NCBI GenBank assembly: GCA_050084515.1
Contig: CM114271.1
Span: 45,012,001 to 45,076,000, forward strand
Direction of reading: 5' to 3'
DNA length: 64,000 nucleotides
From: Blasia pusilla
Lineage: Eukaryota
Shown here: positions 28,843-41,492 of the stretch, one piece after another
How the letters are laid out: each line of letters starts with the position of its first letter
How positions within the stretch are numbered: the first letter of the stretch is position 1
Notes under the pieces: model-generated
Databases searched by the model: none
The model's input: only the letters and a program-made list of their open reading frames with translations
What the model was told of the DNA's origin: nothing
Translations under genes and position numbers: made by a program

Positions 28843-29170
28843 AGTATGGGAGAGTGCCTTCTTAATTTGCAAACATCTCTCTGCTTGACACATGGCAATT
28901 GGGCATGCTACGGTCAGCAAGAAAATAATTTGAATTTGTGTACAACGTGATTAATCTCTTCCCTTCATGGGCTATATATTAGCCCTTTAAACACTTTTAT
29001 TTCCTGTGCATCGTACGGACACATTATATATATTATTATGGGAGAGTACCTTCTTGATTTTCAAACACCTCTGTGCTTGACTTGTGATAACTGGGCAGTA
29101 AGAAAGTATTTTACATACTACAGGAAGCGAGAAAAAAATGCATCATTAATTTCTTCCTTTAACAGGCTAT
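28843..29170. repeat. Diverged direct duplication (about 190-bp unit x2)
   Basis: TATGGGAGAGT.CCTTCTT.ATTT.CAAACA.CTCT.TGCTTGAC occurs at about 28845 and 29037, each followed by a similar ATTAAT.TCTTCC..GGCTAT block. Confidence 0.7.
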
Positions 29171-29313
29171 GCACTAAGTCTTCCAAAAAAAAAATCGTGC
29201 AACCCACGAGCAGCTTACTAGTAGTATTATTGAATTTGTCGTGCACATACACATCGCTACACAACATACATCCCTGTCATCGAACACACACACAAACACC
29301 CACGATCCCATGT

Positions 29314-30323
29314 TGTCGCGACCCTCATGACCAAACGAGCGCCAAAGCGGAACATCGGAACACTAGCGGGCTCACGCTAAGATGGTTTGCGCGTTGGAGT
29401 GGTCTCGGAGAAGAGACAAGAGACGAGACCCAAGCGAGGCTTCGCATTTCATATGTTGTGGTCGCGACTAAGAAACCTTGACCAAACGCGGATCAAGACT
29501 TGAGAGGAGTCAAGTCTAGGAAGTGGGTTGCCAAAGGAAGGGATCCGGATTTGGGACGCCACTAGCGTTTGAGAGTTTCCCACTGTATTTATGACCATAA
29601 CTTTTAGTGCCAAGATGCGTTTGGGACGAGTAAGGATGCGTTGGAAAGCTTATGGAAAGTCACTTCAGAGGCATTAAATATCTTTGCAAACGCAGAAGTA
29701 GCGGCTCAGAAACAGCCCGAAAACGACTATAAGTAGATTCGGGTTGAGGGCCACAATAAAAGGCCCGACCATCCTTTTCCAAAGGTGGGGGGTTAGTGGA
29801 GATCCCCAAAAGTACTAGTAAGGGAGAAGGTCTCCAAGGATGCTTCGGACTCGAACCCCACTTTGGGCGCCACGGGGCGGTTCAAGGGCATGGAACGGAT
29901 TGGGAGTTTGGAGTTGGGCTTGAAAACCTGAACCAAGTCTATTGAGGTGAATTTTAGAGATCCCTCTTGGATTCCAACCCGTGACTCGATTACTTGGGTC
30001 CCGGTTAAGAACTCGCGCAAGGTTTGTTGAACACTTGGGACCGCTAGGCGCGCAAGTGTCGTTTTAGGTTCCTCGACTAACCAGAAAGTCTCTTCCAAGT
30101 CTTGAAGGACTTGCCGTGTTGGGAACCTAGGAATGAGGTAAGGTTGAGCTTGATGAGATGCGGAGTTGAGGAGTTGAGGACTCGGTGGGTTGGAAGGCCG
30201 CTTGACCCAAAACCATACTAACGTGAGTGCGTTTGGGTGCAGGTGGGCGATGAGAGCATGTCCTACTAAATGTACGCTTCCGCAACACTAAGATTGACAT
30301 TCAAGGAGAGTAGGCGCGCGACA
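29314..30323 (+). mobile_element. 5' LTR (about 1.0 kb) of a Ty3/Gypsy element
   Basis: Ends TGTCGCG...CGCGACA (TG..CA with a terminal inverted repeat), followed at once by a PBS and gag. Confidence 0.85.
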
Positions 30324-30325
30324 AG

Positions 30326-30336
30326 TGGTATCAAAG
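30326..30336 (+). promoter_or_regulatory. Primer-binding site complementary to initiator tRNA-Met
   Basis: TGGTATCAAAG lies 2 nt after the LTR end (plant consensus TGGTATCAGAG). Confidence 0.8.
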
Positions 30337-30555
30337 AAAATCCTTGGTGAGCGAGAACTTGGGGTCGTGGGATTGACCGGACGCTTGGGGAAACTCAAGG
30401 TAGCGGCTAGACCCAAACGCTTTAGGAGGGACGCAAGAAACAAGGAGGAGATCTGAGTGAGGCGACTTGAAGATGGCGATCGAGGGAGACGAATCCAAGA
30501 ACGCCGAATGAAGCGACGTGAACCGAGAGTCATACCAATGCCGGACCGTTAAGCT

Positions 30556-31200
30556 ATGGAGGAGACGGAGACTCCCGAAGAGCCGAGCGCCAGACATGAG
30601 GATGTTCTAGAGGCGAATCCTTCCGCGAGGCCATGGGTTCCAAACTCAAGGGAACCGACTGAGTCGAGCCAGACGTTGGACTTATTGAAGTTGTTGGTAG
30701 AGCAGATGTCCCAGCAAAGTAAGCAGATTCCAGAGCTAGAGGCAGACTGAACTCTGGGTGCTAGTAAAAAGCTCTGCAAGACATACCTGCCCACACCATT
30801 CACTAGGATGGGGCGTTCTCGGAAAGTGAAGGATTTCCTTACGGAGTTGGAATTGTACTTCGAGGCGCGGAGGGCAATTGAGCAGGACAAGGTGATGGTA
30901 GCCGTCACTTTCCTAAAGGATCATGCGCTACAGTGGTGGACACTTCAATGCGAGGAACATCTGGCCGGCGAGTCACCTTTGAGTTGGGAGGAGTTTAAGG
31001 TGTTGATTGGTGACCGATTCACTCCGGAATACCAAGGGTTGCGCGATACAGTGGAATGCGTGCAGTTGCGGCATAGTAGTTCCTTAAGCGCTTAGGTGAG
31101 GGAGTTTAGTGCAAAACTGACTTCTCTTCCTAAAATGGATGAGCACGCGAAGAAGGCTATCTTCATTAGCGGACTCGAACCGAGCGCTGGAAAAGCCCTC
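30556..31200 (+). pseudogene. gag: Gypsy gag remnant (retrotransposon gag/capsid), truncated
   Basis: DFLTELELYF..DKVMVAVTFLKDHALQWW..SWEEFKVLIGDRFTP..AIFISGL. In-frame stops are present and the similarity ends near 31200. Confidence 0.8.
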
Positions 31201-31485
31201 TACTATTAACGTATGTCCTTTGAAGACTCCTCTTCTCTTGATATGTGTAAAGCATATAGTTAAGTTAAGAGAGAATAGAGCTAAGTTAAGGGGAGATTAC
31301 ATATGAATTGGGAGAAAAGTGAGGAGAGAGAAAAACACATAAATTTTTTTCTTCATGTATAGTTTTTTGCATAACACAAGAAATTTAATAGTTTATTGAA
31401 AGAAATTAAAGTTTATAAAAGAAGAAAATAATACATAGTTGGATTTTGTATAAAGCTTGTAAAAAACTACTTAAAAAGCATGATT

Positions 31486-31945
31486 GATGGAATACGACTC
31501 TCATACACACACACACAGCACCATCAAGAACGAAATTTGGCAACACGAGAATGAAAAGGGACTAGTCCCCTTCTCAATCATGTAGAGTATGTACAAGCAA
31601 CCATAATCCTAATCCCAAGCATGGTCTCAAGTTATATTAGTTGTGGCTAATTAATCCTAGGTATGATAATAGTACTTAATTGACTCACCAAGATTACACT
31701 TGTATACATCATTATAGAAAATTGCTAAAGAAGCATAATAGATGGGATACGACTCTCACACTCACACACCACCATGGAAAAAAAATTTGCAACGAGAGAA
31801 TGAGTGGAGTTTGATCCCCTTCTCAATTATATCCGATATGTACAAGAAATCCTAATCCTAACCATAATCTTGAATTAGACTAAATATGATTAACTAACCA
31901 TAGTTAAGATAATCACGCTTAAATGACTAACCAAGATTAAGTTTC
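31486..31945. repeat. Diverged tandem duplication (about 255-bp unit), probably within the Copia LTR
   Basis: GATGG.ATACGACTCTCA.AC..ACAC...GAGAATGA..CCCCTTCTCAAT..TATGTACAAG..AATCCTAA occurs at 31486 and 31741. Confidence 0.7.
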
Positions 31946-32003
31946 CTATTTTGTGTGAGTATCAAATGTAGCAGTTCAGGTGTCTGATGAATTTGACTAT
32001 TAC

Positions 32004-33990
32004 TCAATCTTCAATATTCCTCTTCAAGCTCATATCGATATCTCTAACATCTAAAACACTTATAAATATCTCAAACTTATCTTTAGACAATATCTTTGTA
32101 AAGATATCATCAATTTGCTGATCTATACCTATATACACAAGATCAATTTCTTCTCCAAATATTTTCTCTCTTATTAAATGATAGTGTACCTCAACATGTT
32201 TTGTTTGAGCATGAAACACAGGGTTATTAGCAAGCATGATACTACTAATATTATTTGCATATATAACACTAGGTTCTAATTACTAATATCAATCTCAACA
32301 AGTAATCAATGAACCCATATCATCTCACATGCTGTATTGGTTGCTCCTCTATACTTAGCCTCTGTTGAAGATGAAATAATTGTAGGTTTCTTCTTTGAAG
32401 CCCAACTTATAGGTACGCTTCCCAAGGTAAATGAATAATCAGATGTGGAGTATCTATTAGATACGCATCTTCCCCAATAAGCATCTATGAATCCTTATAA
32501 TTATAAACTCGGAGAAGGTTCAAATTGAATCACGAATTAAACAGAGAATTTCATATATCGCATAATCCTCCTCGCAACATCAAGGTTAGGTTTGCGAGGT
32601 GCTTGTATAAATTGGCTCACTAGGCCAACTGCATAGCTCAAATCTGGCCTGATTATAGTTAGAGTGATCAAACTTTCAACCATTCTCTTCTACATATTAG
32701 AATATGCAATCAATTCTCCTTCATCAACTCTTAGCTTCACACTTTGGTCCAACGATGTAAAGATTGGCATACAAGCTATCATACCATATTTTGAAAGCAT
32801 GTGAAGACCATATTGTTGTTGTAATAACTACATGCTCTCTCCAACCTTCATGAACTCAACACCAAGGAAGTGCTTGAGTTCTCACATGTCCTTCACATCA
32901 AATTCTGCCTGTAACTTTGGCTTGCCTTGTTGTACCATATCCTCTATATCATAGCAATCAAGAGGTCATCAACATACAACACATCGATAATCGTATGATC
33001 TTATCCTCTTAAGAGATATGACAAGGAGTCAGAATAACATATCCTAAAGCCCAACTCTTGTAGGACGAATGTAATCTTGCCATACTAAGCTCTTACAGCT
33101 CGTTTGAGCCCGTATGTAGCTTTCTTTAATCTCCATATGCGGAATGGAAACTCTGGATGCTCATATCCATGTGGTTGAGTCATATATATCTCCTTATATA
33201 GATTTCTATTCAAGAAGGCATTTTTTATGTCCATGTGATATAATCTCCACTTCTTATATACTGCAACTGCAACCATTATTCTCGTATTCGCCATCTTTGC
33301 AACAAGGCTAAATTACTCCTCATAATCGATGCCATATTGTTGTGCATAGCCCTCGGCTACCAATCCAATTACCAATCTAGCTTCATATTTGTTCATTGTA
33401 CCATCTTGATTGCACTTGACTTTGTAAGTCCATTTGCCACGAATAACTTCCTAACGGAAAGGTATATCAACAAGATCCCAAGTCTGTTGATGTTTTAATG
33501 CAACAAGCTCTTTCTCTAGAGCTTGACCTTGCTTGCAACTCTTTCAAAATAACTCAGCTCTTGTTCTTGAAGGGTAGTTGTCATATGTGTATGATGTGTC
33601 GTAAGGAATTCTTCATTTATGAATCTATAAACATGATGTGTGATTCTACTTGATCTACGAAGTTGTTGTTTAGAGGTGGATGCCTCTGACATCTGACTCG
33701 AGCTTTGACTAGTGTCAACAAACTGAATACGCACTCTTTCCAACCATGAATTGACAGATTTAACTTAAGAATCTAGAACCTCTCCTAATCCTTCACTGGT
33801 GCTTGGGGACTTAAAAGGCAATGTCAGTTGGTTTATAGTCATATTTCCCCCTCAATAGACAAGTTTAGGGATGGAATAGGTTAAGATGGAGCATATCATG
33901 ACTTAAGCTCATCAAAGACAACATTGCGACTAATAATAAGCTTCAAAGAGGATGGAATATAGCACTTATATCCCTTAGTTCCATCAGCAT
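32004..33990 (-). mobile_element. Ty1/Copia pol remnant (post-integrase linker, RT, RNase H, PPT)
   Basis: KGYKCY; KWTYKVK; LVAEGYAQQYGIDYEE; HMDIKNAFLN..EIYMTQPHGY; VYVDDL; NPVFHAQTKHVEVHYHLIRE; DIFTK; PPT-like TTGAAGAGGAATATTG. Many stops. Confidence 0.9.
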
Positions 33991-34004
33991 GGTCAATGAA
34001 AATA

Positions 34005-36575
34005 GATCGGCGAAGAAGGATATGTATGGCAATTGGAAGGATAGGCGAATGTGTGGAGATTACCGTCCTATCAACCGACAGACGAGGTCAGATCGGTATG
34101 CCATGCCTATTCCTGAGGAGATCTTTGATGCGGTAGGGCATGCAAAGATCTTCAATACTTTAGATCTCCGTGCTCGCTATCATCAGCTTCCTATGAGGTT
34201 GAAGGACAGGGAGAAGACAACATTCTGGGGGATAGATCGGTTCGGGAGAGATTGCTTGTATCAATGGTGGTTCTTACCATTTGGATTGAAGAACGCGCCT
34301 GCAGAGTTTCAGAGAGTGATTGATAAGATTTTGGTTGGCTTGGATTTTGTACGATGTCACATAGATGATATTCTTATCTTCAGTTCCACGCTTGAGGAGC
34401 ATGAGCGACACCTGGAGGAGGTATTTCGGCGATTGCAGTTACATGGACTGAAGTTATATCTAGGAAAGTGCAGATTCTTTCAGGAGCAGATTGAGTATTT
34501 GGGACACACCATATACCCAAGTAGGTTAGGCGTTCAGCAGACGAAGGTAGAGGCTATTGCACAGATTCCACGGTATGTCAAGGTTTTTAGTGCGATCGCA
34601 AAGTCTTTGACCTTGTTGACGAGACTTGATCATGTTTGGTTGTGGGGAGATGATCAGGAGCGAGCATTTCAGGAGTTCAAGGATAGGTTGATGTCCTTAC
34701 CCATTTTACAGAGACCGGTTAGGGGTCGCCCATTCCAGTTACATATGGATTGGAGCATGTTGGGTCTAGGAGCAATGCTTACCTAGAGGGATGACGAGGA
34801 GAGGGAGTTCGTTGTGGCTTACGCAAGCCGATTGAACAACATTGCAGAGGCAAAATACAGTTCCTACAAGCAAGAAAGCTTGGCTACAGTCTGGGCCGTG
34901 GCACATTTCAGGTGCTATTTATTTGGCGACCCTTTCATACTTATCACTGATCATCAGCCGTTGAGGTGGTTGATGGAGTCTGAAAAGCTTACGGGAAAGC
35001 TTGCTAGGTGGGCTCTATTACTACAGGAGTATGAGTTTGAGGTGGTTCATAGGCCAGGTTGGCTGAACCAGGATGCGGATGGGTTGAGTTGTAACCCATG
35101 TCCGAGTCAAAGAGACGACAGAGGAGCTCGATGGCACGAAGAGAGTGATGAGGAGATGGTGCCCGGTTGGCATGCATCTGCCTATCTTTGTTGGTTGACT
35201 ATGGCAAGTCAGCCACAGCTGATGACTTCAATGGTGGGGTTGGATGATGAGTCTTTGGATCTGGAGGTCAGTGAGGAGGCGACAGGTGGTCGTGATATCC
35301 ATGACGACGTGGAGGTTGTGGAGTTCTTGCGCACTGGGGTACAGCAGTTTGTGGCCAGATGTATGGTATGTGACAAAGTGCGAGCATCCTTCAATGCTCA
35401 CACTCTGCAGTTGCATCCTTTTCCGATTATGGGTTTAGGTTATCGGTGGAGTCTAGACTTTGCGGGACCTTTGCCATTGACGAGGCGTCATCATAGGTAC
35501 GTGTTGGTCATGGTGGAGCATTTCTCCAAGTGGATAGAGTTGGTGGCACTACCGGACAAGGCGAGCGAAGGAATAACTTATGCGTTTCTAGATCGTGTGC
35601 TTAGTCACTTTGGTGCACCGGCGGAGGTGTTGACTGACTAGGGTACCGAGTTCAGGGGAGAGTTTCAGGCCTTGTGTGATCAGGCGCTGATAGATCACCG
35701 CACCACGTCCAGAGATCATCCTTAGGCGGATGGGTTGGCGGAGAGAGTGGTACAGACGGTGAAGAGAGGATTGCGAAAGTATAGCTTGTAGCGGGGACAG
35801 TTGAGGGAGTGGGACCTACAGTTGCCATGGTTGGCTATGGGTTATTGCTTTAGTGTGCAAGCATCCTTGGTGTCATTTTCACCGTACTTTTTGCTCTTTG
35901 GGAGAGAGCCAAATTTACCTGCAGTGATTCGACGTGACATGGCAGAGATGTTAGATCTTGATGATCCAGATGTGTGGGTACAAGCATGTTCTCAGAGGGC
36001 GGAGGTTTGTTGTAGAGTTATGCCTATGACCTTTGAGAACTTAGCTATTGCTCAGCATAGAGATACATTGAGGTATGTGACCATTCGTGGAGGAGGTTAT
36101 CGCCCGGGATTAGGAGGTTTCATCCTGAAGATTACGTGTATTTACAAAGAAGCGGCACCCACGACGCTAGATGTCCTTTGCGCAGGCGCACGATCCTACG
36201 TGTGCGCGAGGTATTACCGACCGGAGTCCTCATGTTGGAGGAACGGGATGGTATGGTTTGGAAGGATCATGTGCACAATTGTGCACCATGTAATCTTTGG
36301 AACGTAGATGGGACAGTGGATCCGAGCTTGGCAGTGGTACCTGCAGGCTTGAGGTGTATGTTGTGCGGATCTGCGAGGGATGCAACCATCATGTTGGTAT
36401 GTGATGGTTGTTCTCGAGGGTGGCATATGTCATGTCTGACCTTCCCTCTTGATGTGGTTCCCACCGGATGATGGATGTGTCCGAGATGTGTATAGGGTAG
36501 TAGGTCATGTCAGAGAGATGTGATATTTTCTATTTGGAGTTGGGGGGATCCAACTGCGAGCTAGGGGGGCGGTTG
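34005..36575 (+). mobile_element. Ty3/Gypsy pol remnant: RT - RNase H - integrase - PHD finger - PPT
   Basis: RMCGDYRPIN, LDLRARYHQ, PFGLKNAPAEFQR, HIDD (YxDD decayed), AYASR, TDHQPLRWL, LARWALLLQEY, WSLDFAGP, VEHFSKW, VLTD*G.EF, AERVVQTVKR, then C4HC3 CMLC..CDGC..HMSC..*WMCPRC and PPT AGGGGGGCGGT. Confidence 0.92.
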
Positions 36576-36659
36576 TGTAATCTCCATGTATATGTATGAG
36601 TTGATTTTTTTACATGTGTGGATCAACCCGTGTGTGGGGAAGATCGGTGTTGTATGGTG

Positions 36660-37140
36660 TTGCGGTCTTGGATTGGACCGGCGGTGTTGTTGGCTTGCGT
36701 GCACATCATCCACGCTTGTGGTGGACAAACTTGTTGCCTAGGGAGGTTCTCGTCGAGCATATGATCTGATCTGCAGCGGGATCCTTGCCTTACAATGGAT
36801 AGTATCTTGGATACTGGGAAACTTTCTCAGGTGGTGAGGGTTATTGATCGGTCACCCAAGGCAGGGGTGAACCGTGTGGGCCAGCCTAGGATGACACTAT
36901 CCACATTTTTGAGTTTTCCCTCGTCACATGCCTATAGGGAAGGTGGTCCCGGGCTTGTATGGGATTCTCATGTGCGACAGTTGGTGGAGCCTAATGCTGA
37001 TGAGAGAGAGCGTGCGATGGGATTTGCTACTGGTGTGATAGCGATTGCTTCCATTTCTGAGGCTTCACGACGTCATGTGTTGGGTCAGGCCATGGACCTG
37101 AATTGTTTGACTTGGATTTTGAGTCTTGGTATGGCCGAGC
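36660..37140 (+). pseudogene. C-terminal half of a DNMT3-like C5 cytosine methyltransferase inside Gypsy pol
   Basis: RAHHPRLWWTNLLP (motif VIII; DNMT3 AAHRARYFWGNLP), LTMDSILDTGK (LELQECLEHGR), ERERAMGFATG (motif IX, EMERVFGFP), ISEASRRHVLGQAMD (motif X, MSRLARQRLLGRSWS). Motif order and spacing are right. Confidence 0.75.
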
Positions 37141-38690
37141 AGCGTCGACTTCGGACTATGTCTGTGGGTCTTCCACCCCTTGTAATGAGCTCGATGGCTA
37201 CCATGACAGTAGAGGCATCGGTTGGGGGCGAGGAGAGTAGTATTTTGCATCCTTGGAGTAAATGGGATGTAATGGCTGGGCATGTGGAGTTGGTTGCTCA
37301 TGCTGGTGGAGGAGTTATTTGCTCAGATGATGGTGTAGCTAAGGGTGTACCATCTTGTGAGGGGATTATGAGACCAATGGCATCGTCCTCTCCCTCTAGT
37401 GTGCTAGTGGAGGAGACTTGGGAGCCATTACTTGGGCCCAAGCTTACGGGAGGTGAGAAACGACGCTTGACACAGTTCCTACATGCTTATAGGAGTTGTT
37501 TTGCCTTTAGCATGAAGGAGTTGGGTGCTCAGTTGAACCGGTATATGGATTGATTTGGCTAGTGATACGCCAATCTTCCGTCATCCCTACCGATATAGTG
37601 ATATGGAGAGGGACCTGATTCAAAGTAGGACGTTGGACCTTTTGGAGGCTAGATTAGTGGAGTTTTCGCATGGAGAGTATGCATCAGCCACTGTCATGCC
37701 TCCTAGAAAGGATATGCATGGCAACTACACGGATAGGCGAATGTGTGGAGATTACCGTCTTATCATTCGGCAAACCAAGGCCGATAGGTATGCCATGCCT
37801 TCACCTGAGGAGATCTTTGATGTGGTGGGACAGGCAAAGATTTTCAGTACTTTGGATCTTCGGGCAGGATACCATCAATTGCCGATTCAAGAGAGTGACA
37901 AGGCCAAGACAAAGATTTTGGGGTGTCAACTCTCATGGCAAGGATTGTTTGTACCAGTGGAAATTCTTATCCTTTGGGTTGAAGAATGCACCTGCCGAGT
38001 TTCAGAGAGTGATGGACAGAGGCTTCACATACCTCCGATAGTATGTTCGCCAATCCCTTCATAGTACATACCTCCGATTAGTGCTATGGCAAAGCCTTTG
38101 AACCAATTGCTGAAATCAGATCAAGAGTGGCACTGGGAAGATGATCAGGAGAGAGCTTTTGTGGAGCTCAAGGCCCAATTGGTGGCGGCGCCTATGTTGA
38201 GGGGAGACCTATGAGAGGGCGCCCATTTCAGATTACACTGATTAGAGTAGGTTGGGACTTGGAGCGGTGTTGACACAACATGATGATGAGCACATGGAGT
38301 TTGTGGTGGCATATGCAAGTCGTTTGAATTAAAATGAGTCGCTATAATTCATATGAGGGAGAGTGCTTGGCAAGAGTGTGGGTTGTGGCACACTTTAGGT
38401 GTTACTTTTGGCATACAATTTACCCTTGTTATTGATCACCAGCCGCTCAAGTGGTTGATGGAGTCTGACAAGCTTACAGGGAAGCTTGCACGGTGGGCTC
38501 TTATCTTACAGGAGTATGACTTCCAGGTGGTACATAGACTTGGAGTTGCCAACCTTGATGCTGATGGGTTGAGTAGGAACCCATGTACTAGTGAAGAGGA
38601 TGCAATTGGGGCTAGATGGCATGGCGAGGTTGATGAGGAGATGGTGCCAGGTTGGCATGCATCCGCCTTTTTATGTTGGTTAGGGGTGGA
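36660..38690 (+). mobile_element. Second Gypsy copy: DNMT-like domain - linker - RT - RNase H (decayed, with internal deletions)
   Basis: ORF 36795-37553 runs from the DNMT motifs into the pre-RT region (LTGGEKRRLTQFLHAYRSCFAF). It is followed by PIFRHPYRYS, RRMCGDYR, LDLRAGYHQ, FGLKNAPAEFQR, DHQPLKWL and LARWALILQEY. Confidence 0.88.
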
Positions 38691-39322
38691 TATATGTTGT
38701 GTAGCGATATGTATGTGCACGACACGGTCTAGAACTCCGTACTCAATCACTCCATATGTGGCAATGATCAGTTGCCACATGCGGTTGGACGCCTCTCTTA
38801 GACTTTTAACTAATCTCCACTGAAACTCCTATAAACTCTTCAGCTTGTTGGTTCCCACAACCTGGTAGCTCCAACCATGGATGGGAGTTGGAATGGTTCC
38901 TCATTCTAATTAAACCCCTCAATACATCACTCCACTTCGTGTCACTCCACTACCACTGCTCGCACTATCCCGTTCTTTTGAACCCTGGAAGAATGCCGTG
39001 ATGAAAACCTTGTCTCACACGCTCGAGCACTGAGACTCACCAAGAATCTCCCACACTCCTCACTAGTTCACTAATGCTAATGCTAATATTGTTATGACAC
39101 ACCCGGCCTCACGCACACTTAACACTTGGGCTTACCGTGAGCCTCTCCAAGAAGCTCACCTAAGCTATTGACACTCTCTCGGGTCAAACACGTGACCACT
39201 ACTCAGGAAATCTCCATGTTTCCACAAACATGCTATACATGCAAGGATTCTACACTTGTCACCATCACTACACTTGGCTAACCTAAGCTCTACTCGATAC
39301 CCAACACCCTCAATGACACTAG

Positions 39323-39380
39323 ACTTGAATGGGTAACTTGAATGGGTAACTTGAAAAGGGACTTGAATGGGTAACTTGAA
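39323..39380. repeat. 13-bp minisatellite ACTTGAATGGGTA, about 4.5 units
   Basis: Read directly from the sequence. Confidence 0.85.
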
Positions 39381-41451
39381 CACGCATGCCATCACTGTGT
39401 TGCACGTTCAGCACTAACTACTCCATGTGGTACAACTACCTCTACGACACGACAATCTCCTCGAGCAGCATATCGAATCTTTCCTCAACGGATGCAGACT
39501 ACTCGTCGGCATTGGCACGTGAATTAGAATGGGTGGGTCTATCAGGCCTGCGCAGCAATGCCCCTTAATTGCCCGCACTACCCAGGCACTCCTCTCGGTT
39601 GCGGCTTCCGTCCATCTGTTCCTTCTCTCCCAACTCGACTTCTCACGGTGCTCGTCTCGACTTTCGGCTTGGCTTGGCTTCAACTTACGGCCCGTAGGCC
39701 CATGCGTCCTTCATCATTTTGTCTACTCAACCACGTTAGACCTAAAATCTATGACCTAAAATGTGACAAGAGACCTAAACGACTACCAAGACCTAGCCGA
39801 AGTTTACTCAATAGCCTCCCACGCCTAGAAGACCTAAAGCTCCTTCTCTTCTCTTTCGACACTCGACATTCGCCACTCACCCGTCAATCCCACACTGCAC
39901 TAAATTTGAGTGTCATTCCCCGACACTCTACTACAACCTTACGTCGTTTGCACCAACAAAACATGAGAAAACAGAGAGCGCTTCCGTGCACGACCTTTGA
40001 TTTAATGAAAAATGATAAACCCACACACCAACGAACGTCTCCTAGAGCTCCCCACTGAGGCAACTCACTTGCCTACCTGCATACAATGAATTTTCCCTTG
40101 CCCCTAGACATCTTTCTTACGTAAAATCAGAGTAAAAATGACTCACCCAGCCTAAAACTCCATTCATGAATCTAGATGGGCATATCGAGCCACATCCATC
40201 CTCCGCTATGAGGGAATCCGGACGCTACCATCTCTCCCTCTCTTATAGCCTCTTTTGGGAGGAAGAGCCTTTTTGGCTCTTCCCCCCAAAAATAGCCTCC
40301 AAATGGTAACCAACGAGCACAGGTGACCATTGACTTGGTCAATGGGTCACATGGGCAGAAATAAAAAAGAAGGAGAATTGTCATAAATGACATTCTTGAC
40401 GCAACACACCAGTCATCAATTAACCTCATCCGACACCTTAGGACGAAGTTATACCCAAACCTCCCTTTGACCCTCTATCCGACGCGGTAGAACTCTACAC
40501 CGTCGGCTAACTGTTGTGACGACCAACATCTCTCTACCATGAGTGTTGTAGACCAGATTTTCACTTGGTGTTTAGTGCCATAGACTTCGTGACTAGCACT
40601 TTTGCTTACATTGCCAACAAATGCACAATTTTGAAGTACTCTCATATTATCTAATGTGTTTTTCCAATGAATGGTATCTCCACTTACATTCTTTATGGAC
40701 ATTTAATTTCTACCCAACTTTTCGTGTCTTATAAATGGCCAACAATCCACCATTTAAATGGACTGTTCTAGGGCCGCACACTTGTTTCAAATTTGCGGGA
40801 GGAAAACTCAATGTTGGGAGATCTAGATGAGGACTAGTTTGACACCATGAGTGACATAGGTGTCACCTTTGGGAGGTAATCCTCCCAATAGATGGAATTT
40901 CTGCAAACATAAATAACTTCATGAAAGAACACAAGTTTTGATTTATGAAGAGCTTTATGTCATACTCTAAGTTGGTTCACAAATCTCTTCACACAAGTGG
41001 AAAATACATATGGATCTTATTAGACTCTTCAAAACTAGTTATAGGATGTCGATTTGTTAAATAGATAAAGAAAATTTTTCATGGCCCAATATTTTAATGA
41101 TGTTCGCAAATTGTTTTTAATGATGTAACTCACATAGGAGCGCACGGAAGGATTTAAATTATTAAAACTAAAGGCATTTTCCACTAGAAGACAAAAGTAT
41201 CAACGTGAAAAAAAATAATTTAAAAGAACCTCTCCATACATATAAATGTGGGTAAGAATTAAATTAATTGGAGATCAGTAATGAGTGCGATCTTAAGAGG
41301 TGTTGCAAATCCAAGAATAAATACTTCAAATGGGCACATTTTAAGTATTTATTCTTGGATTGTGGGTAGCTTGGGTTGGACTAGTTCTTTGTATTCACAA
41401 TGCTCTGCGGGATATCATGTTGAGTATTACTTGAGAGAGTGGTTTCCACGT

Positions 41452-41455
<4 letters not shown>

Positions 41456-41491
<36 letters not shown>
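41456..41491. repeat. (AG)n microsatellite
   Basis: About 18 AG units. Confidence 0.95.

Positions 41492-41492
<1 letters not shown>

Noticed and set aside
36660-37140. Host DNMT3/DRM gene or processed pseudogene
   Set aside because: It is intronless, runs into Gypsy pol, and recurs with the same linker in three copies. The motif order (X last) is not the permuted DRM order.
39386-40058. Overlapping ORFs of 60-166 aa
   Set aside because: No recognisable domain. They lie in probable LTR or retroelement non-coding sequence.
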